Shown piece after piece: positions 44,967 to 55,568 of a stretch of DNA of 64,000 nt (the first letter of the stretch is position 1; each line of letters begins with the position of its first letter). The DNA comes from Methanotrichaceae archaeon (lineage in GTDB: Archaea > Halobacteriota > Methanosarcinia > Methanotrichales > Methanotrichaceae): contig CAWEXU010000013.1 of assembly GCA_963813075.1 (NCBI GenBank), positions 64,001 through 128,000 on the forward strand, in the 5' to 3' direction. The notes under the pieces were generated by a model. It worked only from the letters and a program-made list of their open reading frames with translations, made no database searches and was not told the origin of the DNA. Position numbers and translations under genes: made by a program.

Positions 44967-45884
44967 TCATTCATCTCTGAGCCTTATCTCCAGGGACATC
45001 AGATCCTCTGCAACGTCCGTATTCTCAAAGATGGACCTGGCCTCGTTCAAAAGCCGAGAGGTGTCCTCAGAGTAGCGGGAGCTTATGTGGGTCAGGACCA
45101 GGTGCCTCGTGCCGGCGCGCCTGGCCAGCTCTGCCGCCTCTTTTGCCGTGCTATGTTTCGTCTCCATGGCCCAGTCCGCCATATCGCTGGCAAGGGCGGA
45201 GTCGTGAATGAGCAGGTCTGCATCCCGGCTGGCCTCCTCCACCGATCGGCAGGGTCTGGTATCTCCTGTGTATATGACCTTTCTTCCCGGCCTTGCCGGG
45301 CCCATAACCTGCTGGGGCAAAACCGCTCTCCCTTCCACCACCACCTCCTGGCCGTGCTGCAGCCTTCCGAATAGTGGCCCTGGGGGAACGCCCAGGGAGA
45401 TTGCAGCCTCGCGGTCGAATCTGCCGGGCCTCTGATCCTCTTCCAGGATATAGCCCAGGCTGGGTACGCTGTGGCGGGTCTCAATAGCCACAACCTGATA
45501 TCCTTTCATCTTCACCGCATCTCCTGGCTCCAGCTCCTGGGCAATGACCTCAAAGTTGCGGGAGAAGTAGCATACGGACTTGAAGCATTCCACCAGTCGA
45601 GCGGTATGTATTGGCCCGGCTATGGTTATGGGCTCTGTTCTTCCCTGAAAGGCCATGGTCTCCAGGAGGCCGGGAATGCCCAGGATGTGGTCGGCGTGAA
45701 GGTGAGTCAGAAAGATGTAGTTCAAGCGCATCATGCCGGTCCTGGCGCGCATCATCTGCCTTTGGGTGCCCTCTCCGCAATCGAATAGGAGTAATTCCCC
45801 TTCGCGGTTGATAAGGATTGCAGAGGGATTCCTCTCCGGTGTCGGGAGCGATCCAGCAGTTCCGAGGAAGGTCACATTGAGCAT
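44967..45884 (-). CDS. rnz: Ribonuclease Z
   Basis: FLGT, DCGEGTQ, THLHADH, GVPPGP exosite, GDTRP, THISSRY. Confidence 0.96.
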   Translation of the reverse strand: MLNVTFLGTAGSLPTPERNPSAILINREGELLLFDCGEGTQRQMMRARTGMMRLNYIFLTHLHADHILGIPGLLETMAFQGRTEPITIAGPIHTARLVECFKSVCYFSRNFEVIAQELEPGDAVKMKGYQVVAIETRHSVPSLGYILEEDQRPGRFDREAAISLGVPPGPLFGRLQHGQEVVVEGRAVLPQQVMGPARPGRKVIYTGDTRPCRSVEEASRDADLLIHDSALASDMADWAMETKHSTAKEAAELARRAGTRHLVLTHISSRYSEDTSRLLNEARSIFENTDVAEDLMSLEIRLRDE

Positions 45885-45990
45885 CTCATGCCTCTTGGGT
45901 TTTCTCCCGGAAAAATAACCTCACCCCATATCATCTTTTGCATCCAAAACCTTTATCAGATAAAAGAGAAGGCACTTAGACGGTGTAGGT

Positions 45991-46110
45991 ATGGATGTAA
46001 TTACTATCGTGGAATGGCTTCAGGCTTTGTTGATACTGGTTATATTCCTGGCGATAATTGCGGTAAGCTTCAAGATCTGGCGCTGGAACTATGTGATTCC
46101 TCCCAAATAG
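45991..46110 (+). CDS. 39-aa single-pass membrane micro-protein
   Basis: MDVITIVEWLQALLILVIFLAIIAVSFKIWRWNYVIPPK; AAAACCTTTATCA promoter-like element and GGTG upstream. Confidence 0.65.
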   Translation: MDVITIVEWLQALLILVIFLAIIAVSFKIWRWNYVIPPK

Positions 46111-46183
46111 GGCAGGAGCATTCTGAACCGGGTCCTGCAGCCATATTTGCCGCTCGAACCTTTTTCTTTTCTGGCAAGCGGGT

Positions 46184-47125
46184 TCAGCTCACGAAGTATA
46201 TTCCCACCAGCACAACCATGAAGGCGATCCCCTTTTGGGCCAGAGACTCTCTGTCAGTTCTCTCATTCACCTCTTCGGCCAGCTTTGGCACCAGGGCTCC
46301 CAGGACCATAATCAGTATCACCGTCAGGATGGGTTGAAGAGCTCCCACGCTGGATACCAGTGTGACCGATCCTATGGCATAAGCGAATATGGAGAAGATC
46401 AGCCCCAGAAACTGGAAGGTTTCTTCGGATATCAATGCCCCCACAGCGAAGCTGCCGCGGCCAAAGAAGCTCTTTACCTCTTCGCGAATGGACTGTTTGC
46501 CCATGAGGGGTATTACCACTACCAAGGTGCCAAGTGACGACCAGATGTAAAGGTCCCATTCATCTATGGAGGTCAGGAGGTATTTGAGGGAGAGATAGTA
46601 GATGGCAGTCAGGACCCAGTAGGAAAAGAATGGCTTGATTGCGGGTGATAAAGCTATGACTCCTGCCAGAATTTTTGGACAGCTGCCGTTCGTTCTATCA
46701 AAGAGGCCGCCGTCCTTTTTATAGGATAAGAGGAGTGTTCCAAGTATCAGCAAGAGTCCTCCGGCGCAGCATTTGATGCTAAGCATCTCTCCGAAGAGAA
46801 AGATGGAGCCAATAAAGACGAATACAGGATATACGTACTCCATCGCGGAGACCTTCGAAGCCTCTTCGGTCTGCAGAGCCTTCATGTAAAAGAAGGCGGG
46901 AAATATCTGCAGACAACCAAATAGCATAGCGATGAGGGATCCGGGGTACGTGAATTCTACTCCTGCCAGCAGCAGTACCGGGATGACGAATATCTGCTGA
47001 ACCAATGCCTGGCAGACTATATAGGCCTTTGAGTCATTTGTGCAGTTGCATAGCAGGAGCTTGTCAAGTACTCCTGCACCAGAAAAAAAAACTGTCCCCA
47101 GGAATGCGAATATGAGCCAATCCAT
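46184..47125 (-). CDS. EamA/DMT family transporter
   Basis: Two 5-TM repeats, EEASKVS, ALQPIL. Confidence 0.85.
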   Translation of the reverse strand: MDWLIFAFLGTVFFSGAGVLDKLLLCNCTNDSKAYIVCQALVQQIFVIPVLLLAGVEFTYPGSLIAMLFGCLQIFPAFFYMKALQTEEASKVSAMEYVYPVFVFIGSIFLFGEMLSIKCCAGGLLLILGTLLLSYKKDGGLFDRTNGSCPKILAGVIALSPAIKPFFSYWVLTAIYYLSLKYLLTSIDEWDLYIWSSLGTLVVVIPLMGKQSIREEVKSFFGRGSFAVGALISEETFQFLGLIFSIFAYAIGSVTLVSSVGALQPILTVILIMVLGALVPKLAEEVNERTDRESLAQKGIAFMVVLVGIYFVS

Positions 47126-47764
47126 TTAGACCCTCCCTCACAGTTTATGCATGCCGAGAAGCTCTGGAGATCTCTTTTCGGTATCTGCCAAACTGTTTAT
47201 TTTAAACAATTAAGTAATATTTATGATACTAGTTATACTTATCTGAAGTACTAACCTTATAGTTTATTGGATTAAAATTATGTTTGTATAATTTATAAAA
47301 CAATTATGGCGAATTACATCTAATTATGCTTTTCTTTTATGATGATAATGGGTATTAAGAATATCTCTATATACTACTATATTCTACTATTTATTTAAAA
47401 TAAAGAGAATCGATTAACTACTGCTTGATTATCTCACAATCAAGATAAATTAGTAATTTTTATCAAAATTTTAGAAATTTAGTTCTTCCTACTTTTTAAA
47501 ATTAATCACAACTTTTTTGTCATTTATATCAATTAATCGATGGGCAGAAATAATCATGATGCTGTGTAAAATTAATTGATATATTTGAAAATATAAAAAT
47601 ATGTTGAATAACTAAATTCTTACAAAGATTATTTATAACTTTATAAACATTTTAAATTTCAATCTCAATAAAATAGGATCAAGCTCATCAATGCATTCGC
47701 CTTGTCCATCCTATCAATCGCTTACCTAATAAAATTATTCGCGCAGGCCTTTTTCAACTCGCAG

Positions 47765-49083
47765 CAGCGCGGAGTCCCCATCGTTTACGGTGGGGAGGAG
47801 CGCGTACAAATATCTTCACTCAAGATAATCATATATAGCATTAGGTGAGTATACCAAATCATGCAGCTCACAAAGACCATTATCCTGAAATTAGATGTAC
47901 CGGATAATGATCTAGCAGAATTGCTAAAAGCGTTCTCCCAAGGCATGAATTATGCCTCGCAAATCGTGTTTGAAATCGGCAAGCCTGTTGGAAGTGGACT
48001 TATCCAAAAAGCCACTTACAAGCATCTGAGGAGCAATCTTAACCTGAAATCTCAGATGGCTTGCAATGTGGCTCGCCAGGTTTCGGGAGCTTACAAAACA
48101 CTTCAGAGTCAGATCGACAAAAAGGAATCGGAATGGCAATTCCTCGATTTCGATCCAACCTCGGCTACATTCTCGTTTGAACGCGATTTTGGCTTATCCA
48201 AAGATACCTTGAGCATAACCACATTAGCGGGGCGCAGGAGATATAAGCTCTTGAATTACCAGTATGCTCAGAGATACTTAGACGGGTCTTGGAAATATCT
48301 GGCATCCAAGCTTTGTTTACACAAAAACGGAGCTTACTTTTTCCATTTGGCCTGTGCGAAGGATATTCCTGACAAGAATATAGTTGATGCATCCACTTTC
48401 ATGGGTGTTGATGTCGGTATTAATTGTCTAGCGGTTGCATCTACCACGGACAAGCAATGCAAGTTCTTCGCAGGTGGTGAAATCAAGAATCACCGAAACA
48501 TCCGATCCAAGGAACGCCGGAGATTGCAGAAGGCAGGCGGTCGATATTTGGGCACTCGATCTTCTATGAGAACTCTTAGAAAAATAGCAGGTCGAGAGAC
48601 ACGGTTCATGACTGCCGTCAACCATAAGGTATCCAAGGATCTCATAGAATTTGCTATAGATAACGACGTTTCGGTAATAGGCATGGAAGATTTGACGGGC
48701 ATCAGGAAGAGAACGGGAAACAAAGTCTCTACAGAATTCAGGTACGAGCATAGCAGTTGGGCATTCAGGCAACTACAGGCTTTCGTGGAATACAAAGCTA
48801 AAGAAGCCGGGATAGCGGTAATCTATGTAAATCCTGAATATACTTCCCAAACTTGCCCCAGATGTAACCACATCAGCCGAAATAACCGCTGCGGTGTAGC
48901 CTTCCGATGCGAAAAATGCGGTTACGAAACCCATGCCGACAGAGCTGGTGCTATGAACATAGAGCACCGAACACGAGACTTGAGGTATATCCTGGAGTCT
49001 CAGGGCGGTAATGTCAGCCCGCCAGACGCGACACGACTTTTTGCGTAGTCGCAAGCCGCGCCCTTCAGGACGCGGTAGTTGAC
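47765..49083 (+). mobile_element. TnpB-only IS200/IS605 (IS1341-type) element
   Basis: Left hairpin CCCCATCG-TTTA-CGGTGGGG; right hairpin CCGCGCCCTTCAGGACGCGG followed by TAGTTGAC; no tnpA; exact left boundary uncertain. Confidence 0.85.
47861..49048 (+). CDS. tnpB: RNA-guided endonuclease TnpB
   Basis: GVDVG, MEDL, HSSWAF, YTSQTCPRC..CEKC, HADRAGAMNI. Confidence 0.93.
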   Translation: MQLTKTIILKLDVPDNDLAELLKAFSQGMNYASQIVFEIGKPVGSGLIQKATYKHLRSNLNLKSQMACNVARQVSGAYKTLQSQIDKKESEWQFLDFDPTSATFSFERDFGLSKDTLSITTLAGRRRYKLLNYQYAQRYLDGSWKYLASKLCLHKNGAYFFHLACAKDIPDKNIVDASTFMGVDVGINCLAVASTTDKQCKFFAGGEIKNHRNIRSKERRRLQKAGGRYLGTRSSMRTLRKIAGRETRFMTAVNHKVSKDLIEFAIDNDVSVIGMEDLTGIRKRTGNKVSTEFRYEHSSWAFRQLQAFVEYKAKEAGIAVIYVNPEYTSQTCPRCNHISRNNRCGVAFRCEKCGYETHADRAGAMNIEHRTRDLRYILESQGGNVSPPDATRLFA

Positions 49084-49236
49084 TACTCTTGCGTTCATTC
49101 AGTGCATGGCCTTGGCTGACCTCACGGCTCCCGCGGCAAAATGCTGATCGAATCCCTTTCCGAAAAATTCTGCACAGATCCGGACTTCCTGGGGTGTTGA
49201 TGGCCGGAAATCTATAAGCAGGATTCCGGGAATGGA

Positions 49237-50218
49237 ATGAATATGAAAAGAGAGGATTTTTCGGATGGGCTAAAAAAGAAATTGACTCCACTGCAGCACC
49301 ATGTGACCCAGCAGTGCGGCACTGAACCCCCCTTCCAGAACGAATTCTGGGATAATAAACGGCCCGGCATCTATGTGGATGTCGTCTCAGGTGAGCCTCT
49401 ATTCAGTTCAAAGGATAAATTCGATTCAGGGACTGGCTGGCCGAGCTTCACAAAGCCCCTGAAAGAGGACAGCATCATTGAGAACATCGACACCAGCTAC
49501 AATATGAGAAGGGTGGAGGTTAAAAGCAATGCTGCCCTCTCCCATCTGGGCCATGTATTCGATGACGGCCCCGGGCCGAAGGGCTTGCGTTATTGCATCA
49601 ACTCCGCCTCGCTTCGCTTCATACCGGCAGAGGATCTGGAAAAGGAAGGCTACGGAGAGTATCTGCACCTCTTCTCTGAGGATAGTGCTCGATCTGGGCA
49701 GAAGGATGCCGAAAATGACAATCCTGGCTATGAGCTGGCGACCTTTGCCGCAGGTTGCTTCTGGGGGGTGGAAGCCCTCTTCGGCCAGGTTGAGGGGGTG
49801 CTGGAGACAACGGTTGGATATACTGGTGGGTCCGTCCCCAACCCGTCCTACGAAAAGGTTTGCACAGGGACTACCGATCACGTGGAGGCAGTGCTGATAA
49901 AGTATGATCCCAAGATCGTATCCTACAGGGAACTGCTATCCTTATTCTGGAGGATGCACAATCCCACCACACCCAACCGCCAGGGCCCTGATATAGGCAC
50001 TCAATACCGCTCTGCCATTTTCTACCACAACGATGAGCAGAGGGTGGCGGCAGAAGAATCTCGAGAGGAGTTTGACCGATCGGGGGCCTATCCAAGAAAG
50101 GCCGTCACACAGATCGTTCCTGCATCTGCTTTTTATGAGCGCGGAAGAATATCATCAGGACTATTTCGCCAAGCAGGGATCTGGGTCGTGCCATGTGTTC
50201 AGAAAAAATAAAGAATAG
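49237..50218 (+). CDS. msrAB: MsrB-MsrA fusion methionine sulfoxide reductase; frameshift near 50140
   Basis: [41 protein letters not shown] in second frame. Confidence 0.93.
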
Positions 50219-50349
50219 AGCAGGGTTACTGATTAATCCTGCTTTCTTTTGTGTTCTGTGTATTCATTGAGTAAGCGACCGTCGGGGATCTGTATCTGGT
50301 CCGATGATCAAAGGAGGAGAGCTTCATGAAAGGTGGATACAATTAGCAG

Positions 50350-50505
50350 CTACTCCTCGATTTCAATTCCGTGGTTCTCAAAGAACTCTCTTAGCGCCTC
50401 TTCGATCACCTGGCTTTGAGCACGCATGCTGCTCTTGGTTTGGACCGTATAGACCTTCAAGGCTTTAGCGATTGGTTCTGATAAAGTTAAAGTAGTCTTG
50501 GGCAT
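50350..50505 (-). CDS. Small ribbon-helix-helix protein
   Basis: MPKTTLTLSEPIAKALK...QSQVIEEALREFF. Confidence 0.75.
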   Translation of the reverse strand: MPKTTLTLSEPIAKALKVYTVQTKSSMRAQSQVIEEALREFFENHGIEIEE

Positions 50506-50816
50506 AATTCTCCATAACCAGTTCTTACACATATATACTTTATGGTATATTGATTTATACCTCATTGATTGCCCGTTTCATTGAGAATCAGGCTCTTCAT
50601 ATTATTGATAGGTGTGGCTTTGGATTATGCAAAGATACTGTACGCGGTTATTAGACGCCGGTGCCAAAAATCTTAAATTTAAAGAGAGATAACTACTATA
50701 TGGTTGCCCGGATCTCAACGAAAGGACGCTAAAAGCCCGGCCACTTCTTTGCCGGTTAGGGTTCTTCAGGATCACTGAATTGGGCGACCAAAAATAGATG
50801 ATAAGGAGTGTACAAA

Positions 50817-51008
50817 ATGGTGGACTTACTTTATCTGGCAGTGGTATTCTTTGTAATAGCTCTGGTCTTGGGTGTGCTCGGCTGGCGGGGCGCAGGAATA
50901 TCTATGGATATCGCTAAATGGCTGATTATCGTATTCATCATCCTGGCAATATTAACGCTTGTATTTGGAGGCTCAATCAGCCTGGCAATAGCGTATCTTG
51001 CGATTTAA
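50817..51008 (+). CDS. DUF1328 (UPF0391) small membrane protein
   Basis: AVVFFVIALVLGVLGWRG.GISMDIAKWL. Confidence 0.85.
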   Translation: MVDLLYLAVVFFVIALVLGVLGWRGAGISMDIAKWLIIVFIILAILTLVFGGSISLAIAYLAI

Positions 51009-51148
51009 ACCACCAGATCCGCCATATCTATGCGAGTTATCTGCAGGGTATGGTTTGATCATATTTTTCCATGTTCTGAGAATCATGTTCTAGAATCATG
51101 TTCTGAGGGATCTGAAAAGCTTATCAATCAAGAGCGATTTGCAGAATG

Positions 51149-51410
51149 CATGAGACTCAACAACCAAGCCAAGGTCGGCCTGGCAACCGTCGTCTGCCTG
51201 CTCATTCAGGGATATATCTTCACCTATGTCCTTTTTGTCGAGCCTCATCCCATGCTCTCCATTGTCCCCCTTTTCCCCTACCTGGCTTATGTCTATGCGC
51301 GAGGGAAAAGGACGTGGTACTTCAATAAGCCGCTATATTGGATCGGATTAATTGTGGCTGTAACCATGCTGGATATCCTGCCCTTTGCAGTGGAAGCCAT
51401 GCGCTTTTGA
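51149..51410 (+). CDS. Hypothetical membrane protein
   Basis: MRLNNQAKVG..., about 3 TM; ATG 51149 preferred. Confidence 0.65.
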
Positions 51411-51479
51411 TCACAGGGCGTAAATCCACGCCTTACTGGCGAAAAGCTATATATCCTGGATCAGCATAGGGGGGCGCTC

Positions 51480-51572
51480 GTGCACCGGGATATAAGCACT
51501 GAGACAGCGATCACCATTGCAGGCTTTTTAGGGGCGGTTTTGCTCCTTTTAGGCGGCGTGATCTTCAGATAG
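51480..51572 (+). CDS. 30-aa hydrophobic micro-protein
   Basis: GTG start: MHRDISTETAITIAGFLGAVLLLLGGVIFR; TATATAT box and G-run upstream. Confidence 0.45.
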   Translation: MHRDISTETAITIAGFLGAVLLLLGGVIFR

Positions 51573-51851
51573 GAGTGATGAAAAGAGAAGCGGAATTTCA
51601 GGGAGGAGGATATAGGACCTGAAACTCCACTTCGATGCAAGATTTTATAAATTGGTCTGCGAGACTTTTGCTGTTTTCCCTTTATAGTAAAAAGGCACTT
51701 CATTGCATTTAACTGTATTGGTATATTAAATAAGTACTCATTATACCTGGCAGCGAATATCTATTAAAAAGGATACAATCCCCAAAAGCGAAGGGTAGAT
51801 GTAGCAGCATTTCCGATTGATATCATCCGAAATTCTGGGAGGCTGAGCGGC

Positions 51852-53789
51852 ATGAAAGAGGATGGCATAGCAGAGTATGAAAAGGCTCTGGAGATATGCG
51901 AGAGGATGCTGGCTTTCGAGATGAATCTCCTGCAGAAAAGCAATATCTACCGAAAGATGGGCGACATTTATCTTGAAATCTTCAAACAAGACCAAAATTT
52001 GCAGAGCTGCGAAGTTGCCATCCAGGCCTATCAGAAGGCGCTTTCTGTCTATACCCAGGATGGCCATCCCCATCTGCGCGCCAGGGTATTGAGAAGCCTG
52101 GGAAATGCCTATGCCGCCCGTTCCGATCTTCTGGATCGAGCGGAAGGCCTCAATCAGGCTATAAATTCCTGGGAGGAGTCTTTGGTCGTCTTTTCCCGGG
52201 CCACTTTTCCCCTGGATTATGCCTCCCTTCAGGATGATCTTTGTGCAGCCTATCGAAAGCTGGCTGAACTGGAGGATGGTATCGCCAACAGCAAAAGGGC
52301 AATCGAGGCAGGCAAAAATGCTCTCAATATCTTTGAGATCAAAGACCATCCTCAGGAGTTCGCGAGGGCGAGGACAAACCTGGGAAGCGCATATCTGACC
52401 CTGGCCCAGTTCGCTGAAAGGCCTGCGGATCAAGTGGATTGCTGCAAGCTGGCCATCGCCTCCTACCAGGATGCTTTAGGGGTCTACAATCTGGATCGCT
52501 TTGCTGATGAGTTCTCCCTGGTCAAAAACAACCTGGCCATAGCCTATCTATCACTCTATGAGGCAATAGGAAAAGAGGATAAGGTCGAGTGCTGCAGGCG
52601 GTCTATTCAGTCGTGCCGCGATGCTCTCCTCGTTCGAACCCGAGAGAGCCAGCCCCTGGCATATGCCGCCACCCAGAAAAATCTGGGCAATGCCTTCCTC
52701 GCCCTGGCCGAGGAGGAGGCAAGCCTGGAGAACTCTCAGTTCGCCCTGGAGGCCTTCAGGAGGGCTCTGGAGGTCTATTCCTGCGAGAGCCACCCAAAGC
52801 TTTATGCAGCTACCCAAAATTGCATTGGAAGCGCTCACCTGGCAGTAGCCCAGATCATTGATCGCGCCGAAAACTGCCTGAAGGCCATTCGTGCTGCTCG
52901 CGAGGCCCTGGAAATCTTCGATAAAGAGACTAACCCCGAGGATTATGCGGAATCGCAGGGGATCCTCTGGCTTGGCTACCTCATTTTGGCGGAGATCGAG
53001 TACCGGGCTGAGAACTGCCTTTTAGCCCTGGAGGCCTGCCAGGAGAGACTGGCTGTCTTTTCCACCAGCAGCTCCCTGGAGTATGCCTCCTGCCAGAAGG
53101 ACCTGGCCATCACCTACAGCATGCTCGCGGATACGGAGTTCTCTGCTGAGGCCAAGGCAGAGGACTGCAGGAAAGGGGCAGAGGCATCATCAAAGGCGCT
53201 GGATATCTATAACGAATCCGAGTATCCATTTGAGCATGCTGAGGCCCAGCTCCTCCTCTGGGCAGCATTCTCCGCTCTGGCAGAGGTCGAGGACAAAGAG
53301 AAAAACTGCCGAAGGGCCATTGATGCCTGCCAGGCCGCCGTCCGGATATACCAGTCCTCCTGCCCGGCTGAGCACGCGGATGCTCTGAAGAGCCTGGGCT
53401 ACAGCTTCATCACCTTAGCGGAGGTGGCAGATAAGGCAGCTAACAGCAGAAAAGCAATTGATGCCTGCTCTTTGGCCCTGGAGCATTATACCAAAGAAGA
53501 GGCACCAAGGGAGCATGCTGAAGTCTTAAGAGACCTGGCCTTCGCATTTGTCACCATCTCCGAGGTGGAAAATAGAGCGGAATGGGTCAGAAAGGCCCTG
53601 CGGACCTATAAGATGGCCTCCAGGATATTCGAGGGGCTAGCCCTGGAGCGTGAGCGGGAAAAAGATCCGGAATTCGCGGAAATGCAGAGCAATGCCGAGA
53701 AATGCCGCCGCTCCATGCAATCGTGCAAGGGCATACTAAAGGCCAGCCGGAAGAGAAAGTCAGAGGATCAGCCACTGGGAATCAGGTAA
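51852..53789 (+). CDS. Long TPR-like helical repeat protein
   Basis: Recurrent P..YA..Q.NLG.A ... AI.A...AL.VY units. Confidence 0.85.
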   Translation: MKEDGIAEYEKALEICERMLAFEMNLLQKSNIYRKMGDIYLEIFKQDQNLQSCEVAIQAYQKALSVYTQDGHPHLRARVLRSLGNAYAARSDLLDRAEGLNQAINSWEESLVVFSRATFPLDYASLQDDLCAAYRKLAELEDGIANSKRAIEAGKNALNIFEIKDHPQEFARARTNLGSAYLTLAQFAERPADQVDCCKLAIASYQDALGVYNLDRFADEFSLVKNNLAIAYLSLYEAIGKEDKVECCRRSIQSCRDALLVRTRESQPLAYAATQKNLGNAFLALAEEEASLENSQFALEAFRRALEVYSCESHPKLYAATQNCIGSAHLAVAQIIDRAENCLKAIRAAREALEIFDKETNPEDYAESQGILWLGYLILAEIEYRAENCLLALEACQERLAVFSTSSSLEYASCQKDLAITYSMLADTEFSAEAKAEDCRKGAEASSKALDIYNESEYPFEHAEAQLLLWAAFSALAEVEDKEKNCRRAIDACQAAVRIYQSSCPAEHADALKSLGYSFITLAEVADKAANSRKAIDACSLALEHYTKEEAPREHAEVLRDLAFAFVTISEVENRAEWVRKALRTYKMASRIFEGLALEREREKDPEFAEMQSNAEKCRRSMQSCKGILKASRKRKSEDQPLGIR

Positions 53790-53791
53790 CC

Positions 53792-54295
53792 ATGAAGGAT
53801 TTAGCAGAGAGCGATAAGATGGAGTACTTCCGCCGCTCCTACCGGGCGGTGGACGGTCTGTGGTTCATGATGATCGAAGAGAAGCGGGGATTTGATGAAG
53901 CTCTGGAGCTGGACCAGGCGGTCTGGAGGGTTCTGCCCAAGATCCAGGCGCGGGCAATCAAGTCCATGCTGAAGCTGGAGGATGGCCCCGATGGGCTGAA
54001 GGAGGCGATTGCTGCCCGTCTGGCCCTGGAGGAGTTCGACTATGAGCTGAAAGAAGAGGAGGGCGGATTTATGGTTGAGATCCGTCGCTGTCCCTGGCAT
54101 GATATCATGATCCAGTCAGGCAGAGAGGAGCTCTCAGAAAAGGTGAGTGAGGTCATCTGCCAGGCGGAGAACTCGGTCTGGGCGCAGGAGTTCAGCGGAA
54201 AGGGCGTGGATGGAGATGGTATGGAGATAAAGTTCGAGCGGCATGATAGGCTCTGCCAGGGAGCCGACAGATGCAGGCTCTGGTTTGGTCGGTAA
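53792..54295 (+). CDS. DUF6125/V4R-like hypothetical protein
   Basis: AVDGLWF, CPWH, C...C...C; ATG 53792. Confidence 0.7.
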   Translation: MKDLAESDKMEYFRRSYRAVDGLWFMMIEEKRGFDEALELDQAVWRVLPKIQARAIKSMLKLEDGPDGLKEAIAARLALEEFDYELKEEEGGFMVEIRRCPWHDIMIQSGREELSEKVSEVICQAENSVWAQEFSGKGVDGDGMEIKFERHDRLCQGADRCRLWFGR

Positions 54296-54343
54296 GATAG
54301 GTGCGAAAGTCTTAATGATATCCTTTTCGATCTTCGCCGTCAG

Positions 54344-54769
54344 CTATTCCGGGTCATGAAATCCGATCTTGATATGGCTGCCATCGCATAAGGGCTTTTT
54401 CTGGGAGGCTCCGCATCTGCAGAGGGCACAGGCTCCCTTTTCCGTCATCTCACTTCCATCTGTTTTGAGCAGACGAAAACTGCCTTCCACCATCAGTGGG
54501 CCGTTCTTCACCACTCTGATGGTGGCATCTGGCCCGTCTGACGCATCTTTTTCCATTGATTCCGGTGCCTTTTCCTGATAGGTCAGTGCGCCGGAAGGGC
54601 AGCGGTCGATGACCTTCATTATCTCCTCTGGACTTGCGCCCTGCATATTTATCCACGGCCTGTTATCGTGATTGAATACCCGGGGCAGTCCCTTTACGCA
54701 TTCCTGCGCATGTATGCACTTCTCCGGATTCCACTGCACAACTAAGCCTTGGCAGGAGTACTCTTTCAT
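54344..54769 (-). CDS. Divergent 4Fe-4S (Fer4_19) + CDGSH Fe-S protein
   Basis: CIHAQEC, RPWI, CPSGAL, LCRCGASQKKPLCDGSH. Confidence 0.92.
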   Translation of the reverse strand: MKEYSCQGLVVQWNPEKCIHAQECVKGLPRVFNHDNRPWINMQGASPEEIMKVIDRCPSGALTYQEKAPESMEKDASDGPDATIRVVKNGPLMVEGSFRLLKTDGSEMTEKGACALCRCGASQKKPLCDGSHIKIGFHDPE

Positions 54770-54897
54770 TGCCAGTATCTGGTCTCTCTTTCTACTTGGA
54801 TTTTCCGATAATTCCTGAGTTATTCGGTTCGGCCAAAAGGATTTATATCTTGGGCAGGAGAAAGGGTCAAATGTTTCATCTATTGGAGTGACTCTCT

Positions 54898-55335
54898 ATG
54901 GGAATTATCAGTGAATTTAAGGAATTCGCAGTGAAGGGCAACGCCGTGGATATGGCGGTAGGCATCATCATAGGTGCGGCGTTCGGAAGCATAGTCAATT
55001 CGCTAGTGAATGATATCATCATGCCGCCAATTGGCATGCTGATGGGAGGCATAAACTTTGCCGACAAGTTCTTAGCGTTGGACGGGAACGCTTATGCTTC
55101 CCTGGCAGAGGCGCAGGCGGTATCCGCACCCACTATTAATTATGGTCTATTTATAAATGCTGTCATATCTTTCCTCATCGTGGCGTTTGCGGTCTTCATG
55201 CTTGTCCGTCAGATAAACGCTCTGAAGAAGGCCCCCGCACCTGCTGATCCCACCACCAAGGAATGCCCTTACTGCAAGGAGACAATTGCGCTCGGTGCGG
55301 TCAAGTGCAAGCACTGCACCGCCGACCTGAAATAA
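54898..55335 (+). CDS. mscL: Large-conductance mechanosensitive channel
   Basis: [38 protein letters not shown]-terminal CPYC..CKHC. Confidence 0.95.
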   Translation: MGIISEFKEFAVKGNAVDMAVGIIIGAAFGSIVNSLVNDIIMPPIGMLMGGINFADKFLALDGNAYASLAEAQAVSAPTINYGLFINAVISFLIVAFAVFMLVRQINALKKAPAPADPTTKECPYCKETIALGAVKCKHCTADLK

Positions 55336-55568
55336 ATTTCTCACCCTTTTTATATTTTTATTTTCTATTCGCTATTCTTAATTGTATCCTCAATATTCAG
55401 ATTACATGTTTGCCCTCAAAAGACGTTGGTTTTCTATTCAAGGAAGCTATAAATAACCTCCAGATATCCTGTATTATGGAAATGAGACAATGAGATCACA
55501 ATCTCAGGAAATTGCATGAATTATGAATAGACCGGATGCACCATCCTATCCCGGAAGGTATTAAGCCC

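Noticed and set aside
47170..47740. Replication origin
   Set aside because: No cdc6/orc1 nearby and no recognisable ORB repeats
47861..49048. TnpB as a Cas12 effector or nuclease-dead TldR
   Set aside because: No CRISPR array; IS end hairpins present; RuvC triad intact
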